From contig JAJYWO010000014.1 of assembly GCA_021791445.1 (NCBI GenBank), positions 1-38,106 of the forward strand: a stretch of 38,106 nt of DNA, given 5' to 3'. Made by a program: the position numbers and the translations under genes. This document shows, one piece after another, positions 7,412 to 14,233 of the stretch; within the stretch, counting starts at the first letter, position 1; each line of letters opens with the position of its first letter. This stretch comes from a bacterium (GTDB taxonomy: Bacteria; Patescibacteriota; Minisyncoccia; UBA6257; UBA9933). The notes under the pieces are model-generated. The model had not been told where the DNA came from, ran no database searches, and saw only the letters and a list, made by a program, of their open reading frames with translations.

Positions 7412-8773
7412 TTATTCTTCCTCGAATATCGGCAATCCCGCCGGCGGGCCCATTTTTCTGCTTTCCATCCGCTCAATATGAGGGGCCGTCAAAATTCTCT
7501 TGTTTGGGATATGAAAAATGGTGGCCAATTCAGAAGTGACGAGAATGGAAGTTTTTGATTTATTGTTAAAATTAAAAATATGAGAAGTAAAAAATTTTCC
7601 AAAAAGCAATTTTTCCGGAAGAGCGCGCTTAATATAATTATTTAAAAACCTTTGCTTTCTTGCCTCAAGTCTCTTATTTATATAAACATAAGGAAAAAGA
7701 TACCCCTTAATTAAAGTCCAAAATTTAACGTTTTGATTGAAAGAATTTGATTTTGCGGAAGAATACTGATTTAAGGCGCTTCTGACTCCCTTGGTCGCAA
7801 AATTCATATTAAAAATAGGATTTGGAGCGATATAAATATAACGGATTAAAGTCTCAAAGCCGTGCTTTGAAAGCTTGTCTTCAACCGCTTTCATATCTTC
7901 ATAATCGCTGATATTCGGGGCTTCCTTGCTTTCCGATTCTTTTTTGTCGGCCCAAACCGGATGCTCCGCCGGCGCCCACAATAAATTTTTCATCCATTCT
8001 GAAAAAATTTGATTAAATCCGCCTCCTTTTTTCTTTTTCCCCTTGCCGAGTTTTTCATTCACAAAATCCTTTCCTTCCGCTTTCCAATCATCGCCGACAG
8101 GCGCGATTAAAATTTGGATGAAAATCGTTTCTTCCTTGTGAAGTCCGGCCAAAGACTCAATTAAAACGGAAAGAGGATCTATTGTTGTTTGCTCTTTTTC
8201 TTCTTTTTGCGCCATTTCCAATCTTTCATAAAAACGCTCATACGTAATAATCGGATAATAATCTTCTTTGCTTAAATTTAATTCACTGCCGAAAATATTT
8301 TCATTACTCTCGTAAATTTCTTTGGTTGTTTCGGGAATTTTTTTGACATAATCTTTAACTTCCGCAACTTCAATATTGGGGTATTGAGCGTAAAGAGCGG
8401 ATTCAACTATTTTTCTATGTTTTTTTGGAGTTCTTATATAAAAATGAACTTCGTTGCGAAGGCCTATAATTTCCAAACTCCACCACAAAGGCACTTCGCC
8501 ATCAATATATTTTTCTTTCAAATCTCCGGCCTCATTTTTTAAACTGTGAATATTTATAAAAAATTGTTCCATTGCCCGCGGCGTCTTTAAAACCTCGCGC
8601 GGAATTCTTAATTCCAAAAGCGTCCATTCAATCACATTTTTATAAAGTAACTGTTTATAAAAAAGAAAAACTTGCCGAAGCAATTTAAAAAGCGCTATTA
8701 CTAACGCCAAAAGAATAACCGTCACTATAACGGAAACAATCAAAGATTGGTAAGAAGCCAAAAAATTAGGCAT
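7412..8773 (-). CDS. N-terminally membrane-anchored protein of unknown function (candidate membrane partner of the soluble T4CP-like ATPases)
   Basis: TM segment (LIVSVIVTVILLALVIALF), then LLELRIPREVLKTPRAMEQFF ... SLEIIG ... VHFYIRTP ... LYAQYPNIEVAEV. From memory, this pattern occurs N-terminal to TraD-like ATPase domains in some monoderm T4CP-type proteins; I could not verify that here. Confidence 0.4.
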   Translation of the reverse strand: MPNFLASYQSLIVSVIVTVILLALVIALFKLLRQVFLFYKQLLYKNVIEWTLLELRIPREVLKTPRAMEQFFINIHSLKNEAGDLKEKYIDGEVPLWWSLEIIGLRNEVHFYIRTPKKHRKIVESALYAQYPNIEVAEVKDYVKKIPETTKEIYESNENIFGSELNLSKEDYYPIITYERFYERLEMAQKEEKEQTTIDPLSVLIESLAGLHKEETIFIQILIAPVGDDWKAEGKDFVNEKLGKGKKKKGGGFNQIFSEWMKNLLWAPAEHPVWADKKESESKEAPNISDYEDMKAVEDKLSKHGFETLIRYIYIAPNPIFNMNFATKGVRSALNQYSSAKSNSFNQNVKFWTLIKGYLFPYVYINKRLEARKQRFLNNYIKRALPEKLLFGKFFTSHIFNFNNKSKTSILVTSELATIFHIPNKRILTAPHIERMESRKMGPPAGLPIFEEE

Positions 8774-8774
8774 A

Positions 8775-9806
8775 TTACTTTATATGGTATCGTCCGTCGG
8801 CCGCTCTCTTAAAATGTTTTTTATTTTGAAGGTTGAGCAAAATCGTATTGTCTTTGAGAAATCTTTCCTGCTTTACCAAATCAACGACTTCTTCTTTGCG
8901 AAGAGGTCCTTTGATTTTCAAAATTCGAGAAATGACATCCTTGGCGATTCCCGGTTTTAAACCGGATTCCGAAAGCCCGTACATTCCCCTGCCAACCAGC
9001 ACAAAACGCGGGTCTTTTATCAGTTCGTTGTGAATTGTCTGATGAATGATGCGCTTCTTCAAATTAATCTTAAGGTCGTTGATTTTTTTCGTGATTTCCT
9101 TGAAATGCAAAGGCGCGCCGTGTTTTTTCAAAATCAAATAAGCTTTGGCGCGAGCGGTCTTCGGAGTTATTTCATCCCACTTCGCCAAACCGAAATCGCC
9201 GAACGGGCTTACGCTGAATTTTTTGGAAATTCCGACATAATTCAAAGCGACAAAATCTTTTATACCGTGCGGCTTGACCGCCTGGCTGAAAAGCTCGTCA
9301 AATTTCTTATGGGTAATCAAATCTTCTTTTTTGTCGCTGATGAATTTTTCCAACTTGTTGATAAAATCAAAAGCCGCTTTGCGGGAATCTTTGTCCAAAT
9401 ACCAAAAAGCGCGAAAATTCTTATCTTCAATCTGATGATCGGGAGCGCCGGCGACTTCAAAAACAAATTTCACCTGTTCTCCGGTGATGTTGTTATTCTT
9501 GAACAAACCGCGCAATTCATTCAAAAAAGCGCCCTCCTTCATCACGCCACCGGATTTTTTAAGATGGTTAATGGCTTCGTTTATGGCAGCCGAAGCGACG
9601 CTGTTTTTCTTTAATTTTTCGCTTATTGATTTTAAGCCGGCTGATTCAATCTGCCTCACTCTTTCGCGGGTTAAACCGTATTTTTTTCCGACAGCCGCCA
9701 AGGTGCGCTTTCTGCCGTTCAAACCGAACCTTTGTTCAATAATATCTTTCTGGCGCTGAGAAAGGCCGGAAAGCAACTCTTTTATTATTTCATTAAAGTT
9801 AATCAT
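8775..9806 (-). CDS. Sigma-70 region-4 HTH protein with C-terminal HARE-HTH-like domain
   Basis: The N-terminus LSQRQKDIIEQRFGL...RTLAAVGKKYGLTRERVRQIESAGLKSI matches sigma-70 region 4. The C-terminal AKAYLILKKHGAPLHFKEITKKI ... DPRFVLVGRGMYGL resembles the HARE-HTH domain of RNA polymerase delta. No sigma region 2 is visible. Confidence 0.6.
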   Translation of the reverse strand: MINFNEIIKELLSGLSQRQKDIIEQRFGLNGRKRTLAAVGKKYGLTRERVRQIESAGLKSISEKLKKNSVASAAINEAINHLKKSGGVMKEGAFLNELRGLFKNNNITGEQVKFVFEVAGAPDHQIEDKNFRAFWYLDKDSRKAAFDFINKLEKFISDKKEDLITHKKFDELFSQAVKPHGIKDFVALNYVGISKKFSVSPFGDFGLAKWDEITPKTARAKAYLILKKHGAPLHFKEITKKINDLKINLKKRIIHQTIHNELIKDPRFVLVGRGMYGLSESGLKPGIAKDVISRILKIKGPLRKEEVVDLVKQERFLKDNTILLNLQNKKHFKRAADGRYHIK

Positions 9807-9815
9807 AATAAATAT

Positions 9816-9845
9816 ATTATAAGGACAACTTGATTATTTTGTCAA
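9816..9845 (-). promoter_or_regulatory. Sigma-70-type promoter (TTGACA-18-TATAAT) for the sigma-r4 gene; the mRNA would be near-leaderless
   Basis: The minus strand reads TTGACA (9845-9840), an 18-nt spacer, then TATAAT (9821-9816). Only 9 nt separate the -10 box from the ATG at 9806. Confidence 0.45.
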
Positions 9846-9901
9846 CACCGTTAGAAATAATATGGATGGTGGGGGGGTGAGAGCGAGAAGATAAGCAGAG
9901 G

Positions 9902-9930
9902 TTGACTTTTTATCCCCACCATTTTATTAT
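9902..9930 (+). promoter_or_regulatory. Sigma-70-type promoter (TTGACT-17-TATTAT) for perR-ahpC
   Basis: TTGACT at 9902-9907, a 17-nt spacer, and TATTAT at 9925-9930, about 30 nt upstream of the Fur-family gene. Confidence 0.5.
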
Positions 9931-9949
9931 TAGTAATTATTACTAATAA
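9927..9949. promoter_or_regulatory. Fur/PerR-box-like perfect palindrome TTATTAGTAAT-T-ATTACTAATAA
   Basis: 23-nt perfect inverted repeat overlapping the -10 box. Its 7-1-7 core TAGTAAT-T-ATTACTA resembles the Per box (TTATAAT-N-ATTATAA) and Fur box (TGATAAT-N-ATTATCA) consensus sequences. Confidence 0.6.
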
Positions 9950-9960
9950 TTATTTTTATA

Positions 9961-10395
9961 TTGATGAATAATAAGCGGCGGACCAAGCAAAAAACGGCGA
10001 TTTTAGAATACTTAAGAAGCGTTAAAACGCATCCGACCGCCGAAGCGGTTTATTCGGCGCTTAAGAATAAAATATCGAATTTGAGTTTGGGAACGGTTTA
10101 CCGGAATTTAAGCGATTTTAAAAAAGAAGGATTATTAAAAGAGATTAAAGTAAACGATAAAAAAAGATTTGACGGCGAAGTTTCTTTCCATGGGCATTTT
10201 GTTTGCGAAAAATGCGGGAAAATAGAAGATTTATTTTTTAAAAAACCGCCAAAAATCGATTTCCCGAACAATTATTCAATTAACAGCGCAGATTTAATAT
10301 TTAAAGGTCGGTGTAAAAATTGCAAAATAAATATGCCTTGCAAAAAGAAATGTTCTAACTGCCGGAAGGCGGGAAAGAAGAAAAATAAAAAATGA
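9961..10395 (+). CDS. perR: Fur-family transcriptional regulator, PerR-like
   Basis: RRTKQKTAILEYL...HPTAEAVY...LGTVYRNL winged-helix region, HGHFVCEKCG and CKNC metal-site motifs, and an extra Cys/Lys-rich tail. The ATG is at 9964. Its stop overlaps the ahpC start (ATGA). Confidence 0.75.
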   Translation: MMNNKRRTKQKTAILEYLRSVKTHPTAEAVYSALKNKISNLSLGTVYRNLSDFKKEGLLKEIKVNDKKRFDGEVSFHGHFVCEKCGKIEDLFFKKPPKIDFPNNYSINSADLIFKGRCKNCKINMPCKKKCSNCRKAGKKKNKK

Positions 10396-10955
10396 TTAAA
10401 ATTGGTCAAATAATTTCCGATTTTGAAACAGATGTATTTCTGGACGAACAGATTAAAAAAATAAAACTTTCCGATTATCGCGGCAAGTGGCTCGTATTAT
10501 TGTTTTATCCGGCCGATTTCACTTTTGTTTGTCCGACAGAACTGGAAGAGGCGGCTGATAATTATGACGAATTCAAGGAAAACGGCGCCGAGATTATGAG
10601 TGTCAGTACGGATACGGTTTTTGCCCATAAGGCGTGGCATGACGTTTCGCCGGCAATTAAAAAAATCAAATATCCGATGGCGGCCGACCCGACCGGAAAA
10701 CTTTGCAGAGAATTCGGAACTTATATCGAAGAAGAGGGATTGTCGTTAAGGGGAAGTTTTATTGTTGACCCGGACGGAATTTTGAAAGCTTGTGAGATTC
10801 ACGACAACAGCATTGGCAGAAGCGCGGCCGAAATTTTAAGAAAGCTTCAGGCGGCGAAATTCGTCAGGGACAACAAGGGTCAGGTTTGTCCGGCGAGCTG
10901 GAAACCCGGCGAAAAAACTTTAAAACCCGGGCTGGATTTAGTCGGAAAGATATAA
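10392..10955 (+). CDS. ahpC: Typical 2-Cys peroxiredoxin (AhpC/Prx)
   Basis: Peroxidatic-Cys motif DFTFVCPTE and resolving-Cys motif GQVCPASWKPG. Confidence 0.9.
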   Translation: MIKIGQIISDFETDVFLDEQIKKIKLSDYRGKWLVLLFYPADFTFVCPTELEEAADNYDEFKENGAEIMSVSTDTVFAHKAWHDVSPAIKKIKYPMAADPTGKLCREFGTYIEEEGLSLRGSFIVDPDGILKACEIHDNSIGRSAAEILRKLQAAKFVRDNKGQVCPASWKPGEKTLKPGLDLVGKI

Positions 10956-11065
10956 GACATCGTTGGATTGTAATAAATAAAATAAAACCCTTTATCACAA
11001 GAAGTCGTTGGAGGAGAAAACGCGAGGGTTTGAGCAAGGGGAGTATTCTGAAAATAGTCCGAACG

Positions 11066-11090
11066 CATTTTGCGGCAAAGCCGCAAAATG
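11066..11090. other. Perfect 11-bp hairpin (CATTTTGCGGC-AAA-GCCGCAAAATG) in an unassigned ~200-nt spacer
   Basis: Read directly. It is not followed by a clear U-tract on either strand. Confidence 0.5.
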
Positions 11091-11159
11091 AGGGGACAAA
11101 AAAATCGGCGGCGACGGGGGCAGCGATTTGCGTTTTTCTAGTCCGACCCAAATCTGAAC

Positions 11160-11234
11160 TGGTGGACGGTGCAAGGATCGAACTTGCGACCTCTCCGATG
11201 TGAACGGAGCGTTCTACCACTGAACTAACCGTCC
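11160..11234 (-). tRNA. tRNA-Val (anticodon CAC), CCA encoded
   Basis: The reverse complement reads GGACGGTTAGTTCAGTGGTAGAACGCTCCGTTCACATCGGAGAGGTCGCAAGTTCGATCCTTGCACCGTCCACCA. It folds as a cloverleaf, with anticodon loop TTCACAT. Confidence 0.85.
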
Positions 11235-11251
11235 TGTCATATTAACTAAAT

Positions 11252-11285
11252 CTAAAATAAAAAGACGCCCTTATCAAGCGTCTTT
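11252..11285 (-). terminator. Intrinsic terminator after rplL
   Basis: The minus strand reads AAAGACGC-loop-GCGTCTTT followed by TTTTATTTT, immediately after the rplL stop codon. Confidence 0.5.
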
Positions 11286-11291
11286 TTATTT

Positions 11292-11663
11292 TTATGCCAA
11301 TTCCACCACCGCTCCCACTTCTTCTAATTTCTTTTTTAACTCTTCCGCTTCTTCTTTCTTCAATCCGGTTTTTATTGGTTTCGGAGCGCCTTCAACCAAA
11401 TCTTTCGCTTCTTTTAATCCGAGTCCTGTCGCTTCTTTGACAACTTTTATGACATTGATTTTCTGCTCGCCGCTGGATTTCAAAACAACGTCAAAAGAAG
11501 TCTTTTCAGCCGCTTCTCCGGCTCCCGCGCCCGCGGCAGGCCCCGCAACGGCCATCGCCGAAGCCGAAACGCCGAATTTTTCTTCCAAAAGCTTCACCAA
11601 TTCGGCAAGCTCCACGACCGTTAATTTTTCAATTTTTTCAATTATGCTGTTGAATTTTTCCAT
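11292..11663 (-). CDS. rplL: 50S ribosomal protein L7/L12
   Basis: The Ala/Gly hinge ([17 protein letters not shown]) and the C-terminal domain [31 protein letters not shown] are diagnostic. Confidence 0.95.
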   Translation of the reverse strand: MEKFNSIIEKIEKLTVVELAELVKLLEEKFGVSASAMAVAGPAAGAGAGEAAEKTSFDVVLKSSGEQKINVIKVVKEATGLGLKEAKDLVEGAPKPIKTGLKKEEAEELKKKLEEVGAVVELA

Positions 11664-11674
11664 AGTTTTATTGA

Positions 11675-12181
11675 TTATTTATTTTCGACCGTTTGTTTTG
11701 ATTTTTGATCAAGCACATACAAAAACATTTTCATCGGCGACGCCAACATTCCAACCAATTGGCCCAAAAGAACTTCTCTTGAAGGCAACTGGCCAATGCG
11801 CGTTGTCGCCGCGCTGTCAAAAAAATTCTTTTCCGCCAAATCATATCCGCCCAAAATCTTAAAATTCTTGTTTTTTATTTCTTTGGAAAATTTGTAAATC
11901 AAGCCGGCGATTTCGGAAATATCCCCCTTCGCCAAAATGGTGCCAACCTGCAAATCAAATTGTTCCGGATTAAAATCAACTCCGTTTTCTTTTAAAGCGA
12001 TGCGCAAAAGCTTCTTTTTAAAAACTTTCAATTTCGCTCCCACGGAAAGCAATGAACGGCGCAATTTTTTCATATCTTCAACCGTTGTCCCGCTGAAATC
12101 CACGAAAGCCAAAGTCCGGCTCTGTTTGAGCGCTTCTTTACTTTCGTTTATTTGCTGCAATTTTTGAGATTTAGTTAACAT
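11675..12181 (-). CDS. rplJ: 50S ribosomal protein L10
   Basis: Its position directly upstream of rplL, its size (168 aa), and L10-like sequence ([21 protein letters not shown] ... [10 protein letters not shown]). Confidence 0.88.
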   Translation of the reverse strand: MLTKSQKLQQINESKEALKQSRTLAFVDFSGTTVEDMKKLRRSLLSVGAKLKVFKKKLLRIALKENGVDFNPEQFDLQVGTILAKGDISEIAGLIYKFSKEIKNKNFKILGGYDLAEKNFFDSAATTRIGQLPSREVLLGQLVGMLASPMKMFLYVLDQKSKQTVENK

Positions 12182-12302
12182 AAAAATAAAAAACGGATGT
12201 TAAAATCCGCATGAGTAAAATTAATTTCCTCGGCAGGACTTATTTTATGCCTGCTGTCTGCGGACTATTTAAATATATTAACAAACCGAATAATTTTGTC
12301 AA
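12182..12302 (-). promoter_or_regulatory. Promoter (TTGACA-16-TAATAT) plus a structured rplJ leader with a terminator-like hairpin
   Basis: On the minus strand, TTGACA is at 12302-12297 and TAATAT at 12280-12275. The ~90-nt leader ends with GCGGAT-UUUAAC-AUCCGU followed by UUUUUAUUUUU directly before the AUG. This is compatible with an L10-leader attenuator but is not proven. Confidence 0.35.
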
Positions 12303-12307
12303 CAGCC

Positions 12308-12922
12308 CTACTCCAATATTCCATCCAAATCAACATCATATAAAATCTTTTCGGAAATAAGCTTGTAATTGATTATTTCCTCCGATTTGAACCATAAATT
12401 GATTTCCTTTTCGGCGTCTTCAATGGAACCGGAAGCGTGAACCAAATTGCGAATCGCCCGGTCGTCAGTGTCCGACAATTGATAAGAATCCAAAACGAAA
12501 TCTCCGCGAATCGTGCCGACATCGGAACTAAGCGGTTCGGTTCCGCCGACCAATTTTCTGACAATTTTAACCGCGTGCACTCCCTGCCAAACCATCGCGA
12601 TTACCGGTCCGGCAGTCATAAATTTTTTCAAATTATCAAGAATGATTTCCGTAATTTTATAAGGGTCATCAAAAGGCGGTTGCAATCCCTTATCGCGATA
12701 TCCTTTAATGGTTTTCTCGCCGGTGATTCTCCGCCATTCCGGGTCAATCGTGTAATGCTTTTCAATAAAATCGCTTTGCGGCAAAACCATTTTCATGGCA
12801 ACTAATTTCAACCCCACCCGTTCAAAACGGCCGATAATCTCACCGATTAAATTCCTCTGCACCCCGTCGGGCTTTATTAAAATTAAAGTTTGCTCGTTTT
12901 TCATACAATTAACACAAAACAC
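12308..12922 (-). CDS. ndk: Nucleoside diphosphate kinase (long form with insertions)
   Basis: TLILIKPDGVQRNLIGEIIGRFE, GPVIAMVWQG, GTIRGDF, and NLVHASGS (active-site His). About 30 extra residues lie between the HY and GPV motifs. The probable start is the Met at 12904 (MKNEQTL...). Confidence 0.85.
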   Translation of the reverse strand: MFCVNCMKNEQTLILIKPDGVQRNLIGEIIGRFERVGLKLVAMKMVLPQSDFIEKHYTIDPEWRRITGEKTIKGYRDKGLQPPFDDPYKITEIILDNLKKFMTAGPVIAMVWQGVHAVKIVRKLVGGTEPLSSDVGTIRGDFVLDSYQLSDTDDRAIRNLVHASGSIEDAEKEINLWFKSEEIINYKLISEKILYDVDLDGILE

Positions 12923-12925
12923 TAA

Positions 12926-13017
12926 AACAAATACAAAACTATTTCTGAAACCTTAACGGAAGCGCAGCCCGCCCTGGGCGGGCGTGAGCGGGTTGAAAAA
13001 ATAGTTTTGTATTTGTT
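12926..13017. repeat. 92-nt nested palindrome: 19-bp AT-rich outer inverted repeat enclosing a GC-rich 7-bp hairpin
   Basis: AACAAATACAAAACTATTT (12926-12944) is the reverse complement of 12999-13017. The inner hairpin is GCCCGCC-CTG-GGCGGGC at 12967-12983. The element sits between the last gene of the T4SS-like train and ndk. It may be a terminator or a MITE-like element. Confidence 0.6.
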
Positions 13018-14227
13018 AAAGCGCCAACCTGTACACTTTATCATCGTACCTGTTTATAAACAATAATTGGCTGTCAAATGGCGTAAAGCGCGTCGCGTCC
13101 AAAGCCGGTTCCGCTTCGCTGTAAATTCCTTTGAAAGTGTTTTGATTGATGTCAATCTCGTAAATCGCATCCGTGGAATAAGCCGCTCTTTTCAAATATT
13201 CATCCGGCAGTTTCGGCTCCTGAAAACTGGAATACGACTGCGGAATGGCGCAATAAATTTTATCAATGCTAATGGAACACTTATTCGGCAAAGAGGAAAA
13301 ACCCATATTGGCGCGGCTTGTTCCGCTTTTATCAATCAAACTCAATCTGGGATTGGCGCCCTTGGCGTCGGCCTCAAATTTTAAGCCAAATTCGCCGTTT
13401 TCTTTGACCCAATTCAGCATCAAGCCGTTGCCGCTGGCAAATGAACTGATGGTTTTATTTTTAACATCAACGCTAAAAAATTCGCTTCCGTATAAATAAG
13501 ACGGCCTTTGAACCAAAAGAATTTTATCGTTGTCAAACCAGCTCAAGTCAAAATCCCTTTGTGTCAAGGAAATGATTTTCGCGATTTGATTTTTCTTGGC
13601 AGCCAAATCTTTGGTCATTAGATTGCTCGCCAATCTCGCTCCGTTTTCAAGATAAGCGATTTTTCTTCCGTCCGGAGAAAAAGTGGCGGCCGAAACCTTT
13701 TCCAGCGGCTGCCACATTTTTGAAACCAGACTGAAAAGCTCGATTTGCGGCGAAGTCAGACTGCCGTATTTTACCAAAACCATCAGGCCGTCGTTATTGG
13801 CTTCAATCTTCTGCAAATTTTCAAAAATCCGATCACTCACCATTTCGTCTTCGCCGTCTTTCGCCATAAAAATTTGTCCGCTTTTGGTAAAATAAAAAAC
13901 TTGTTTTTCCAAACTAACGAGAGACGAAGTTGCCGCCGGCTGGGTGGAAGTGGCGGTTTTCGCCACAACCGAAATTGTTTTGGATGTCTGGTCCTGAATA
14001 AAAACCAGCGGTCCGCCGGTCGCCCAATAATCAAAAACCGGCTGATCGCTGATGATTTTTATTTTTCCGCCCGCCAATTCCTGCGGCGCGGTTCCTAATT
14101 CTCCTTCTTGATCCACGCCGGCTCCGGGCGTCAAAATCTCCTTGGATTTTTTATAAGCAAAATAAACGCCGACCCCAATGGCGATAATTCCCACAACCGC
14201 GCCGATTATGATAAAAGTTTTTTTCAT
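13016..14227 (-). CDS. Membrane-anchored extracytoplasmic protein, probably beta-propeller (TolB/PD40-like repeat)
   Basis: N-terminal TM segment (IIIGAVVGIIAIGVGVYFA) and beta-rich sequence containing FSPDGRKIAYLENG, which resembles a PD40 repeat. Function unknown. Confidence 0.45.
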   Translation of the reverse strand: MKKTFIIIGAVVGIIAIGVGVYFAYKKSKEILTPGAGVDQEGELGTAPQELAGGKIKIISDQPVFDYWATGGPLVFIQDQTSKTISVVAKTATSTQPAATSSLVSLEKQVFYFTKSGQIFMAKDGEDEMVSDRIFENLQKIEANNDGLMVLVKYGSLTSPQIELFSLVSKMWQPLEKVSAATFSPDGRKIAYLENGARLASNLMTKDLAAKKNQIAKIISLTQRDFDLSWFDNDKILLVQRPSYLYGSEFFSVDVKNKTISSFASGNGLMLNWVKENGEFGLKFEADAKGANPRLSLIDKSGTSRANMGFSSLPNKCSISIDKIYCAIPQSYSSFQEPKLPDEYLKRAAYSTDAIYEIDINQNTFKGIYSEAEPALDATRFTPFDSQLLFINRYDDKVYRLAL

Positions 14228-14233
14228 TTTTTA

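Noticed and set aside
9030-9614. 194-aa plus-strand ORF antisense to the sigma-r4 / HARE-HTH gene
   Set aside because: The minus-strand frame carries clear HTH motifs, while the antisense ORF has none and is F/L-rich, as expected from an AT-rich antisense reading.
10864-11220. ORFs of 118, 105 and 68 aa predicted across 10864-11220
   Set aside because: They overlap each other and run through tRNA-Val (11160-11234). They have no recognisable motifs and odd composition, so I treat them as spurious.
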